A stretch of DNA of 64,000 bases from positions 1,951,000-2,014,999 of the forward strand of contig CM082587.2 in the NCBI GenBank assembly GCA_040954595.2, given 5' to 3'. This document shows positions 13,401 to 25,984 of this stretch, in pieces. Each line of letters starts with the position of its first letter. The first letter of the stretch is position 1. Under the pieces are notes generated by a model that worked only from the letters and a program-made list of their open reading frames with translations, was not told the origin of the DNA and did no database searches. The DNA comes from Balanoglossus misakiensis (taxonomy: Eukaryota; Animalia; Hemichordata). The position numbers and the translations under genes are program-made.

Positions 13401-14517
13401 ACAAAATCAGTACAGCTTGTCAAAGCTGGCCAAAATCACATAGAACTCGAGTACAGACATTCATAGAAATTCTATAAACTTCAGTGGAGATTCTATAGAA
13501 TTCTAAAGAATTAACACATGATACCTGATGTTTTAACACAGGCAGGAATAGGATCACTCCAGTTTCCCGTACTCATACAGGTCAGCTCCTCTGCTCCCAC
13601 AAGTTCGTATCCATCATCGCAGCTGAAGACGGCTTGCAATCCATAATCACCATGCATGGGAAGATCTAACTCTACCTGGCCTTTGTCCGGGTACGGAAGT
13701 GTTGAACACACAGGCAGAGTCTCTGTAATGTAAAGAACAGAAACTCTCAGAATTAGCAAAAGGAAATTAGACGAATTTCTTGCTATTTTATTGGTTCTGC
13801 CGAAAGACCCATGGTGTTGTACTGCGCAACTGATAGAAAATATGGTACTTATTTACGTACCATAAGCTTCTTCTGGAAAGACATTCATTATGTAGGATGG
13901 TATGATAAAGACACGTTTCCATGGCAAGAAATCTGTAACCAAAATTATGAAAAGTGCACTTTCACAATAGATTTCGTCTCTTTTTTACATTTCATAACTA
14001 AGGCAGTTCTCCTTTGCTTCTCCCCTTACCTTCACCATTATGAAACGTGCACACAACCATTCACAGCCTGTTCTTGACTGAATATAAGGCTAATGATTAA
14101 CTTACCTGTGGGTTGACAGCTGAATCCGCACTTGCCATCACACAAGCACCTCTCTGATTCCAGACAGTCCTTCGCAGAATTGCAGAGCACACCACATTTG
14201 TACTGCGATGCATAGAATTCATCCCGGACTTGGCAAGCGTCTGCAATTAAAACCAAATAACATGATCAAAAATCATTGAAACACTCATAAGGAAAGCTGA
14301 TTCTGGCATTATGAGATTTTTCTTACTACTACATCTTTTTTCTTATTTTACACTTTGCAGGTACTTTTGTTCAACAACGGTGTTATGGAGAATGCATGCG
14401 ACTTGTAACTGTGGATATATTACCTGCATCTATGAAAGATTGGGCATCACTGCGTCCGATTTGTCCCCAGCAGATAAAAATGAGATTAACCACGGGAAAA
14501 AAAGTTTTGAACACCAT
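4441..14517 (-). CDS. Secreted mosaic protein, ~1309 aa: signal peptide-WAP-6xCCP-Ig-3xCCP-Ig-2xCCP-follistatin/Kazal-Kunitz-Kunitz-NTR(C345C); combines WFIKKN-like and LEV-9/Hasp-like features
   Basis: 22 phase-consistent exons summing to 3930 nt: 14424-14517 (MVFKTFFPVVNLIFICWGQIGRSDA), 14106-14240 WAP; CCPs 13525-13722, 13185-13382, 12809-12988, 12157-12336, 11712-11900, 11391-11582; Ig 10997-11182 + 10515-10649 (DQGEYRC); CCPs 9966-10148, 9540-9722, 8987-9184; Ig 8567-8735 + 8200-8345 (HSGRYQC); CCPs 7741-7911, 7382-7564; FS/Kazal 6962-7180 (PVCGQDAITYQSQCHL); Kunitz 6110-6268 and 5732-5902 (FVYSGCGGNENNF); NTR 5549-5611 + 4441-4838 (CKPC...CRLAQYAIKAKV...CQCPHI...YLMV). Confidence 0.88.
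6387..6888. mobile_element. ~500-bp non-autonomous DNA transposon (MITE) with long terminal inverted repeats, in an intron
   Basis: Left end tactatcgttcccatctggattcgaacgataatgttgatctaaatgtta is the near-perfect reverse complement of right end taacatttagatcaacattatcgttcgaatccagatgggaacgacagta; no internal ORF. Confidence 0.8.
12443..12797. mobile_element. Palindromic TTAA-flanked MITE (Kolobok/T2-MITE-like), copy 1
   Basis: Begins TTAAAGGGACAAA and ends TTTGTCCCTTTAA; the two halves are reverse complements over almost the whole ~355 bp; a related copy lies at 57025-57381. Confidence 0.85.
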
Positions 14518-17166
14518 GGTGCAGAAGTCCACAGCAGTGTGTGTTGATGAACGGCACACTTCCGAGACAGTGACAAGAACTGGAACATTCCTATATCACA
14601 GATTTATGTAAAAAAAATGAAAATATCTGTTTATTTGTGACCCAATTGCATTCTTTCCGATGGTGGAAAAAATCACATATTACATGGTTTTATAACAAGT
14701 GACTGTTTCTCACAGGAACGATCACAATGTTTTCAGCTTCCCAATATGGAATGCTGTAATCATGAAATGTTTGATCAACAAAAGCAACAATTTTCTCTTT
14801 TGAGAAATATAACTACATAGTTAACATACCAGGCCTGTGTAAGCTAGTATATATGGCAGGGTTCGCACATTCTTCTTCTTTTTTTGATGTTTTCCCAGCA
14901 GTTTCAGAATGGCTTTGTCAGTGCAATATTTTTTTCATGATCTACATTTTATGATAGTCTAAAGGAGTTTCCAACCCCTAGTTTCACCACCACCACCCCC
15001 ACCCACCCCCCACCCCCATTTCCCTGTATAAAGGTCCAACATTGCAATTGAGAACAATGGAGTTGGACCAAACCAAAAACTTACTTTCCGTCTTATAGGA
15101 CAACCATTCTGAGCTGATCAACTTTACAGGTGGACCCACAGTCTGCAGCACTGTAGTTTTGCTTGGTATTGTGAGTCTGGCTTTGTTACCAACGTACAAT
15201 ACCAGGCAAAACCTCAAGCTACAGTTCTGCAGCAAGCCCATAGCATGCCCTATGTGTTCCCGCAGAACACACATGTCGATGTCCATGAAGTTGTTCTTGA
15301 CTATTTTCTTTCAATCATGTCCAGACTTGTTTGTTCCTGGCAGATATAAATGAAATAAATTAGGCCTATAGAAAAAAAAATAGTATAACTCACACTCACA
15401 GTCGTAATGTGTCACAGTGTGTACTATATTACGTCATAAAATCCAACATGATCACTTTCACCATAAGAAGAAGTTTTGCCCAAGTCATAAATTGACTGAA
15501 AAATTAAAACACACTATTAATTTTTGACCAACCTGAACCTGCCCTAATTCTGAGTGCTGGTGAACTGTGTAACCTAATTACGTTTATGAAACACACATTT
15601 ATTTATTTTCGCCTCAATTATAATGCACAACCTTCAGTCCTGTTACATCCCTTGAGCCAGAGTTGCCAAAGAAGTGGAATTCTAGCCTCCAAGTAAAATA
15701 ACCCATCTGTGCCATCTGGAAAGTAGTGGTCGTGGAAGTCTGTCTTTCTTGTACATTTCCTCCCCCATGTATTTTATCACCCCCCCCTCCCTCAGTGTCC
15801 CCATAAACGTTACAACTCTGCACATGAACATAACACAAATTTGAGCCAAAATTGGCCGAAGATGACGACAAACCTGGTCTAAAGGCCATAACATAACAGG
15901 TGAAGGTGAACACCACTTTTTTCCTCATCTATTTGCGAAAATTATAGCATGTTTCAAAATCCTGTATTCGTCGTTTGGTAAAATAATTTGGCCTCAACTA
16001 TTACAAGCGCCCGGCCTCTCCGCGCCGCTGGAAATGTAACCACGAGCGGAGGGGTCAAGATTATTTTCGTCATTTTGTCTATGCTTCGACACTGCGATAG
16101 ATGGGAATGCACATGTAAAATGTGATCTTGGTGTTTGATTAAACAACTCGCGATTTTAAAGTAGTGGCAGAGCTGCTGAGCTTGCATGTCAACGTCACAT
16201 CCACCCTTCAATATCAATGGACTCGACCGAAAACTTTTGTCATGTGACCAATATCAGTTCTGCCCTGTTGCGAAACTTCAGGACTTAGATTCTGAAAATC
16301 CACCCTTCAGTTGGCCTCTAATAAATGGTTATTTTCTTACGACGGTGCATAGAGGTCAGCTGGTACTTAGAACTGAATCCATGCGTTTCCTCGTGTCGGG
16401 TTACGACTGACTTTTAAGAACTAGATTATAATTTTTAAGAGTAATACAATCGCGTCTTCCTGTTTACCAGGCTTCAAGGATCCTGATAATCGTTCGTAGA
16501 AAAGCGGACACCGAGTCGAATACAATTACATGACACGCCCCATATCATCAGCGTTATCGTTACCATCTGGGCTGATACTACGATCTTGACATACTGTTTA
16601 CTCTATCACGTCTTAGTCAAATATCTACGACCTTTCTTTGCGCAGTAGTTCTGCTGTTCCATCACTAAACCAGTCTCGATAAAAACGGAAGATCGCACCC
16701 GTCATCCCTCTCACGGTCGCTTAACTCCTGACATCGGACACCGCATAAGACATTTACATTTGTAGATGTTGGATTTGCTGCCTTAAAATTTGTCCGGTTC
16801 GACCAAGAAGGTAAACAAACATTCACTACATTCTCACGATTATACACAAGGTCTTGGACATCAACAGAAATACATTTTGAAATTGACACATGGCTGCAGT
16901 CGTTTTGCAGGCAAATGTACAAATCATATTGCTATGGAAACAACAGTGAGTGTTATAGGTGTTTACAATGCTGGGGACATCTTAAATGGTTTATATAAGC
17001 TAGCAAACTATATATAAAAGAAAATGTGACGGAAACTTACAATCAAAATCCAGTCTATTGAGATTGTTGAAAGGAAATCAATCATGTCGTTGTTGATTAC
17101 ACATACCAACAGCTTGGCTTTTCCTAAACATTTTTTTTCTTATATGTTCTCAGAGATAGTACCAAG

Positions 17167-20100
17167 ATGGCAAAACTGCAACATATTTGGGTCTTCTTTG
17201 TTGTGCTATGGAGTTTGTCACTTCTTGACTGTGCAATAGGTAAGATATTAGGTTTAACTGGTGCATGCTGGCAAGGACGCATGCATGTTATGTGCAGATA
17301 TCATGTTCCCTTTGATGAAACATGAATATGTGTTTAGACTCTGTGTCCGGTTTTGTTTCCTTGTTTTTTCCCAGGGTGTGAAATTGTTTGACATCTGACA
17401 ATTTCCAGATCTGTATAGTGAACTGAATTTAATAGTTTTCAAGGTTGGCCAAAGTTACTGGCTAGTAAGTAGTATACCAGGGTACTTAATTGAAAAAAAA
17501 CACAGCAGTAGACTCTACTTCATTGCCAGGTCTAGTAATTCTCTACAATATATTGATGACCTTAGTTGAGCACAGAACCATGCATTGCATAGCAAAAGCA
17601 CCGACTGCACAGTCTTAGCTTGCTTGCCCAGAATGTTTGACTTGCCAGTGAGGGCGCTATGAGAGAGAAATCGGGTGAGCCATAGTACGTATTGCAAAAT
17701 AAATTTAAATAAAAGAATTGTTTTTTTTCATCCTTAATTAGGTTGTCCACCGCCAGAGATTCCATCCAAAGGTCACATTCTGTATTTGACTTCTGGTGGC
17801 AAGGATCTGACCACCTTCCCCATTGGCTATACAGTGAGATATGCGTGTGCAGTAAATTACACTCTTGTTGGCATTGAGTTCAGTCATTGCTCACATAATG
17901 GAAGATGGTCTGGAAGAGTTCCAGACTGTGAAGGTTAGTTTACCACTGACTGTCTTTGCTCCAAGCTCAGTGTTACTTCTACAATGTACTTACATTTGTA
18001 CTATACTGAGCTTGTGAACTCTTGAGGGCGCTATACAGTGTACTTTGCATCAAACATTTAATAATGCTTGTTACCATGGTTACATATAAGTTTCAGACAT
18101 TGCCAACCTAAGAATTGACCTTTGACTGATTGGTACTGTCTCAAACACCAGCTGTTATACCAGTTATAACTGAGATTTTTGGCAGGTCATAGATTTTCCC
18201 CTTGCATATATCACTTGGTCTCACTTGGAGTGCTGAGTATTAGTATTGACTTTTGGCTTAGAGAATAAACTGTTTGTTATGTCTATCCTGAGGTAGGCCC
18301 TGCTCTCACTTCAAAGAAAGTGTGGACAGAGACCAACTCCACCCCCTGGCATTAATCCTCACATTATAACCCTCATGACTTGAGGTAATAAACAGGAGCT
18401 ATTGCCCTCATAGCCAGGAAATATTCTCAATAATAATCTATCTCCCATGCCTCTCGTAGGTCAACCATGTGCAAGACCAACACCGCCAGTGAATGGACTC
18501 ATCAGGGGGAACAGGCAAACCTATGCTGCTGGCAGAACTGTCCACTTTCGCTGTGATGAAGGCTTTGAAATAAATGGTATCCGAAAGGCCAGATGTTTGG
18601 ATGGTCAGAGGTGGAGCCACCCAGTGCCAGAGTGTGTTCGTAAGTCCCCAAGAAGATAATTGCCTCTCTGTCTCGAAAGATAAATGTAATATCTCATTAA
18701 GTTTCCATGAGTCCTGCAGCTTTGGCTTCATGAACTCTCTGATTTAAGTGAAGTATGAAATTGAAGTTCATTATTGGAATTGTCATCTAATTGGAAGGTG
18801 TGAATTATGGCAGCCATTTCACAGCACTACCATGCAATATATCATTTGAAAAATCATCAACTGTTTCCCTAATATTACACGTCCACAGCTGGTACCCTTT
18901 GCCCTGCTCTGGTTGATGTCCCCAATGGGAATCTGACAGTTGAAAATACACAGGAGAGAATGACACGCCTTGAAGATGGTTCAGAAAGCAGTGAAACAAT
19001 TTATCCTGTTGGTTCCACTGCCCAGTACACTTGCCATTCGGAATACAATCTGGTTGGTGATGGCCAGTTGACGTGTCAGACTAATGGAGAGTGGTCTGGT
19101 GATGTGCCGGAGTGCCTCAGTAAGTAAAGACGAAACTTTGGACCCTTACATAAATTTGTAAAAAAAAATTAATCTTAACTCATGTGATGAAACAAGCCAG
19201 ATTTCCTTCGAAGATATACATGTTGTCAAAGGGTTGTCATGACTGACATGCAGGAGCACTTTTTTCACTAGGCCCCCCAAGTAAAAATTTGTGATTGGCT
19301 AAGAAAACAGGGGTGAATGAGTTTAAAGCAGAGACTGTGAGAGTCCAATTGGTTGCCTGAAACATGCTGTGTGTCCCTTGCTTGCAGTGGCCAGGTGCAG
19401 GACGTTAAAAGAGGTGATAGAGAATGGCAACTCAAGTGCAGAAGACAGATTATACGAGCACAGTGAAATCATTCACTATTCCTGTCATGAAGGCTATGAA
19501 ATCCGAGGCTTCAACTGGAGAGTCTGTGATGCATTTAATGGAGTGAACGGAACCTGGTCTGGAGACACTCCAACATGCCAAGGTATTGTATTCACTGGCA
19601 AGAAATGTTGACAGGTGGAAATAATGTCACTAATAAACTTGGTTTTTTCTTAAACATATTCTTCATTGACGAAAGTAATATACATTTTAGGCAGGGGACT
19701 TGCATTGCTATTTGTGTATTGACCAACTTTTTCCTGGCATGACTTTCATTGTAACAGAGATCCGTTGTCCGACTCTGAGCCAACCAGAAAATGGAAGAAA
19801 AATAGGAAGTTCCTATAGGGTGAATGACACAGTCACATTCCGGTGTAACTCCCGATACCAGTTATTCGGATCGGAAAGCAGAACTTGTATGCCGAATGGT
19901 AAATGGAGTGGTTCACTGGCTGTCTGTGATAATGGAGGTAAGCACAGCATTGGTAACTACTGAAATCACGAATTTTAGTATCCAGGATGCTTTTATTACA
20001 TGGTGAGTTCTCTTTTTCGTCCCAGCGTACCTCTGTCGCAATCCCGGCACGCCTACAAATGGACGCAAAAGTGGACGGCGTTACAGCTACAGGAGCCGAG

Positions 20101-23100
20101 TTCAGTACACGTGCAATGCAGGGTATGATCTGATCGGATCGCCAATGCGAGAGTGTCTGGCAACTGGCAAATGGTCAGGGGAACCAGTAACATGTGAAGG
20201 TAAGCAGTTGAAAGGAGTCTGATTCCATTGCGGTTCCATATGTGACTTAATCAGTTCTGTGTTGTTCTCTTCACTACAACCATATATAGACACTTCTAAT
20301 TTCTGTATGCCCATGCATATATGGTTAAAAGGGTTTGTCTATGTTTCTTAAGACTACATGTACATGGACTTTTTCACATGACCACCTATTAACTGAAAAT
20401 CTCATTGGTAAGATCTCAGATAAAGTTACATCGATGTAAACCTTTTAATATGACAGATCCAAATGACTTTGATGATCTGAATGAAGTAGCCCCCAAACTG
20501 GCCAGACAGTTAGACGCGTACCAGTTCCTGTCAACATCCACTTACAACATGAGCAACAAAGTAGAGAACAGCACCAGAGGAAGAGTGATCGATCTGTCCT
20601 ACCCAGGAGGGTTAGATCTCTACTTTATGTTTGATGCATCAGCAAGTGTTGGCAAAGAAAATTTTGAAAAGGGTTTACTGTTTGCCAAAAAGCTTGTTGA
20701 AAAGGTAAGAAACTCTACCTATTTGGGAATTAATGAGGAAAAAGGCTAATTCAATATACCAGACGTGACTAATGGTGTCTTCATCATGATGATTGTTAAT
20801 TGATAATGTTTTGTCTTAGGTTGGCGTATCAGATGAAGCAGGAGGCACTCGTGTTGGAGCTCTGACGTACGCTACAAAACCAGTCATTAATTTCCATGCA
20901 TCAGATGATCTGGTGACAACTGATGAGGTTATACATGTTTTGGATTCAATCAATTATGATCTTGAAGGTATCTCTCTTTCTTTCCTCTCTCTCTTTTTCT
21001 CAAGTCATTTAAGAAAGTAACACACACACACTCGCAATCATGAATTCACCATCCTCAGATAGATAATCCACGGCCATGTCCGGGTCTGCGTATCGATCGA
21101 ACCTTCTGACCCTGACCATGATTTTAAATAGTTGCCTGTCTTTGTATTTTAGATTTACAGGGTAAACGAGGCACAGCTACAAGTCTTGCTCTGGCAGATA
21201 TCAGAGAAATCATGATTCCACAGACAGAGGCTGTCCTTGACAGACCTCTGGCAAAGAAAGCTCTCTTCATCATCACTGATGGTAAGTTTTCTTTATATAA
21301 GTTACTAAGAAAAGCAAAACAAAACTGTAGTCTAACTAAAAGCAACTGGCTGCTTTCTTTCTGACCCTTCACAGTCAGAAACAAAGTCCTCTCGCTATAA
21401 TTTCTCGCATTCCACTCTCAGGAAAATCCAACATAGGAGGTGACCCCGGTGTGGAAGCTGAGAAACTGAAAGAAGAATTTGATGTTGCCATTCACTGTGT
21501 CGGAATCGGTACAGACGTCAGCAAAAAGCAGTTGGCATCAATAGTGTCCGAACCTCAAAGGGAACACCTGTTTTTCGTCCAAGATTATGAGCGCTTGGAG
21601 TGGCTGATTGATGTGGCCACGAGTAGTAAAATAGGTGAGAATGTGTTTTCAATCATGTCAGGAATAGTGAGTTTTAGGAAGCCTATCACCACACATTCAC
21701 ATGGGCACATGCATGTACATTCAAACACACACACACACACACATGATTCAAAATACAGTAGACACAATATTGGAAATTCTGCCAATTTCTCCCCGTTTTT
21801 GTGAGTTAATGGCAAAAACGTTTTTTTTCCTGAAGCAGGGACCTCAAAGCTAGCACATTATGTAGAAATCAACTGGACTGAACTTCCCCTTTAATATGTC
21901 ATCTTTGTCACAGTTTGTCAGATAATATTTTACTCTGTGTCCCCAGATTATTCCCCTTGTGGATTTGCTGGCAATACAAAACTTCACACTCGTGGCCGAA
22001 TTGTTGGAGGTAATATTGCCCAAGAAGGCGCCTGGCCGTGGCAAGCAGCAATTTTCAAGGAGATAGGTGCAGGACATGTAAGAAAACGTTTGTCTTTGCA
22101 AAAAAACATGCACAGTTATTTTATGGTCTAGAAGCAAGTGGATGATTTCAGTCCTTGCAGACAGCAGGTCTCTGTCTGTCTGCCTGTCAGTGCTGGTGTG
22201 TTTTAATCACCTATCCTTGGCAGAGTGTCCTCTGACATGTATGAAATTCCTAACTTTGACTCAGTGAAGTACCATGAATTTTTATTTTTATTTTCAGTAT
22301 TCAATCCTATGTGGGGGTTCGCTCATTTCTCCTGAATGGGTTTTGACGGCTGCTCATTGCTTTGAAAATACTGTATCCTCTTTAACTGCCCAGGATATTC
22401 AAGTCAGATTGGGTGAGTATTTGTGGAAATAGAAGTCCAACTTTTCCATAGACTGAATTATGGTGGTGAAAAGGTTATAGGCAAAATCATGGTTTTCTAT
22501 GATTGTCGACACTTGACTTTTTTATATTTTATTCATTGTGCAGGTGTTAACAACAGACTTGAAGATGACGACAGGAAACCTAAAGTGCAATTTTTCAATG
22601 TTGACCGCTTGATAATTCATGACGACTTTGAATTGGCAGAGCTGGATGATAATTTTGACTACGACATTGCACTGTTGCATTTGGACCGTCCGGCCATCTT
22701 GGGCCCATTTGTGAGGACCCTCTGTCTTCCAGATACCACAGAATTTCAAGTGCCTGGTAAGTTGTTCGCCAGAAGTCAAGGATGTTGCCTGGTTTGTGGC
22801 AGGCAAGTTTGCTTTGAGCATGACATGGCAATAGTCTGTTAAGCTAAAATTAGGGTGGATCGAACCCCAAAAAATCCCAACTAGTTCAGTTATGATTATT
22901 GTTAGTTGTGTATTATGCAGTGCATTCTCACGTTACTGTTGTTGGTATGTTGATGTGTTATTTGTATTTCAGATGAATTAGTCACAGCAAGGAAGTATGC
23001 TGTTGTGACCGGCTGGGGTCATTCGAGCCCGCTCGCAGAAGATGACAGGCGATCGTTTTATGACCAGGATCTCCAGCAAGTGGATGTGCCCATCCAAGAA

Positions 23101-23499
23101 GACAACACGTGTGAAAGGAGTCTCACACGTATCGGCAAAGATGCTGATTACGAGTTCACTCCACGCATGTTCTGTGCCGGTTCGGGACGCGTGGAACCTG
23201 GCGAGACAGACATCCGTGATGCCTGCCATGGAGATTCCGGCGGTCCGATCGTCCGGGAGCTGGAAGACCCCGCTGATAGCTCATCCCGCTGGGTCCAGGT
23301 GGGAATTGTCAGCTGGGGGTACGGGTGCGCGCAGGAGGGTCACTATGGTTACTACACACACTTGCCGAGACTCATGGACTGGGTTCAGCGGAAGAGAACA
23401 GAATTTGAAAATGAACATAATGCTGAAGCCGGGGAAGTACCTGAACAAGGTGAAGTTGTAGAAGAAGCAGTGGATGTGAATCCTCAACCTGATGAATAA
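17167..23499 (+). CDS. Complement factor B/C2-like protease, paralog 2, complete, ~982 aa: signal peptide-6xCCP-vWA-serine protease-acidic tail
   Basis: 15 phase-consistent exons (2949 nt): 17167-17239 ([24 protein letters not shown]); CCPs 17742-17933, 18460-18639, 18889-19119, 19388-19582, 19758-19937, 20026-20199; vWA 20457-20704 ([13 protein letters not shown]), 20820-20967, 21153-21281, 21422-21634; SP 21947-22077 (RGR-IVGG), 22298-22412 (TAAHC), 22544-22756 (DYDIALL), 22973-23499 ([10 protein letters not shown]). Confidence 0.95.
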
Positions 23500-25984
23500 A
23501 GACACTGTTGTTGAACGTGGACAATGAACACATCCGTTCCAGCTTTGTACTCATTTCTTGACATTATTTGTATCTTCCATTTCATGGAATATTACATCTT
23601 CATTGGTCTGCTTGTCACTTTTTAAAAAAAAAGCAACAAAGTGGGTGACTACCATATTAAAGTCTATTTACAAAATTAACCACGATATATTACATGTACG
23701 CCATTTTCTTTCAGGTTTTTTTGTTAACAAAATTCTGTGTAAATCTTGGTGTAATATCATGAACGTTGAAAGACCATGATGTCAAACAGTATTTTTGACG
23801 CTACTGAAAAGAAAGTGGAAATTATGCTGTGCGTGATTTTGTACTCAATTAGGGCAATTTGCTTTTTCCTGTAATGATTTTTTTAAAGAAATAAAAGTAT
23901 CAGGATGTACGATGTATTGGTAATTGTGATCCCGTGTTTTCATCCCTCACTCAAAGTGACGATTCTGACAGCTCATAGAATGCTTTTAGAGGATTTTTAG
24001 AGCGATCGTACTGTGAATCATGCAAATGTCGAGTCAGCCAGGATGCAAAGTACTACCTGAAATTGAAACAAAGAAAATGTCAACGACATAAAAACACAAT
24101 CATGGCCAATAATGGAATAAAACAATTTTGATTTATTTCTTAGTGTCTTTTTATTATTTGCCATAACTTGCATTTGTAGCACCAATTTGATATAGTTTAT
24201 GCTCGATAGAACAGAATAGATACAGGAATCAAGCACGTGAACAAATGACGTGACTCACATGTTAAAGACAGCGCTACAATGTATGTAGCAGACATCACAA
24301 CTATGAACAAGGAGTACTGACGAAGTTTCAACACAAGCATGTCCGGCAAATTACACCACAATGATACAAAATAAAGACAGTTATTGAGCCTCCATTATAA
24401 TAATGTTACAACACACTAACGTCACTGGTTTCAATGCAAGATATACAGAAGCCCTTAGCACTTCGACATACATCAGTTCGGAAAGATTTACAAACGTGAA
24501 AGGAAAACCAAAATAACATCAATAATGGTGACCCCCACCCCACCCCTCCTCCGAAGGCGTATCGTAACAGAGATTGTCAGGATTAATGTCAATAAAATAA
24601 GAATATGTATTTATACAAACTGTACAGTTTAGGGCCCAAATCAATAATGGCCAAGGATACCCAGGCTTTGAAAACACTTATTTCTCTTTTGATTAGTGAA
24701 TGCGTAAATTACACCCAAGAGTTCATCAGTTCATTCCAAGAAAATGAAGCTGCCCAGATTACAATATTCAAACAACAATGAGTTGAAATTTGAAATTAAA
24801 AAAACAAACATATGGCAGATGAATCAAAAGTGTAGATATGTTAACAATAAATAATAAAATTTGGTATTTTAAATATTAGAACCCATTTCATAATTTGGGA
24901 ACATTCTTGGGGCCCCCTGTCTATTTCCTGAGGTCTGCTTAGCAGCCTTTAATGTGAGCATGGTACGTACCATATGTTAGCATAAATTTTCAGAAACATG
25001 AAAATCCACAAAAAATGATACAAGATCAAAAAGTTGAGTTTAGGAAGTCTTGTTTTCAATACATACTCAGTATGCACTAATGGTTGACAGCTCATGCCAT
25101 CTCAGAAATGTATTTCTTACTTTGGGTTGATATTTTTGTGTCAGGGTCTAGAAATAGCTGCAGCAAAATATATTCAGAAATTCAACTGAACTGGGTTAGT
25201 CAAATTGAAAGTAAAAATGTAAGCTGCAATCTATATACACATACATGCCTTGTGAAATCTTATGAACAGATCTTTTATAACCATATAGTTCGAATGCAGT
25301 TCAATCTTCCTCAATGCCCCCCAGCATATTTACATACCAATGAGAAGTAAATGCAGGTCAGAAAATTGTTGTACCAGTTTTCCATTTTGCCCAGAGAAAA
25401 TACGAATAATACCCTCCGTGATACATGTACTTGTACAGGCAAAACTCATACGTCATTTGCCATCTCAAAGTCTAGAAAAAAATATTCATATCAGAGAGAG
25501 ACTGTCAAAATAAAAGTAAATTTGGAGAAATTAAACCAGTGAACCATTTAGGTCTTCTGAGATGAAATACATGTACTTCTTGTTTTACAAGTACTGTAAG
25601 AATTGTATGTAATCACATACAGGCAATTTTTGCAGTATTTCTAGTTCTGTGTTCAGGGGCATAGTGAATATGTTCAAGGTTGATAGTGCTGTACTCGCAC
25701 TATTTTCAGCGTCAGATCCAAAACAATTTTGGTCACTATACCAGAATTATGCCATGGAAGAATTCACATGTAATGCCCACATGATGGTTGCAAATTCAGC
25801 CATAGCAACTTATGATTCAGTATATTTCAGTATGCAGAACAAAAAACATTCATACATATTATCAAGTGAAATAAATATTTTCTCGACAGTCTCTGTATCC
25901 GGAAACCCACTCCAGTTTGGGTTTGTATAAATCTGAAATGATTCTTTATATTGCAAATCGTCAGAACAATGAATGCCCTACTCT

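Noticed and set aside
23042-23554. Alternative-frame and antisense ORFs over the last Bf2 exon (similar ones over SUCO 28067-28813 and the 42296 ORF)
   Set aside because: Shadow ORFs of genuine coding exons.
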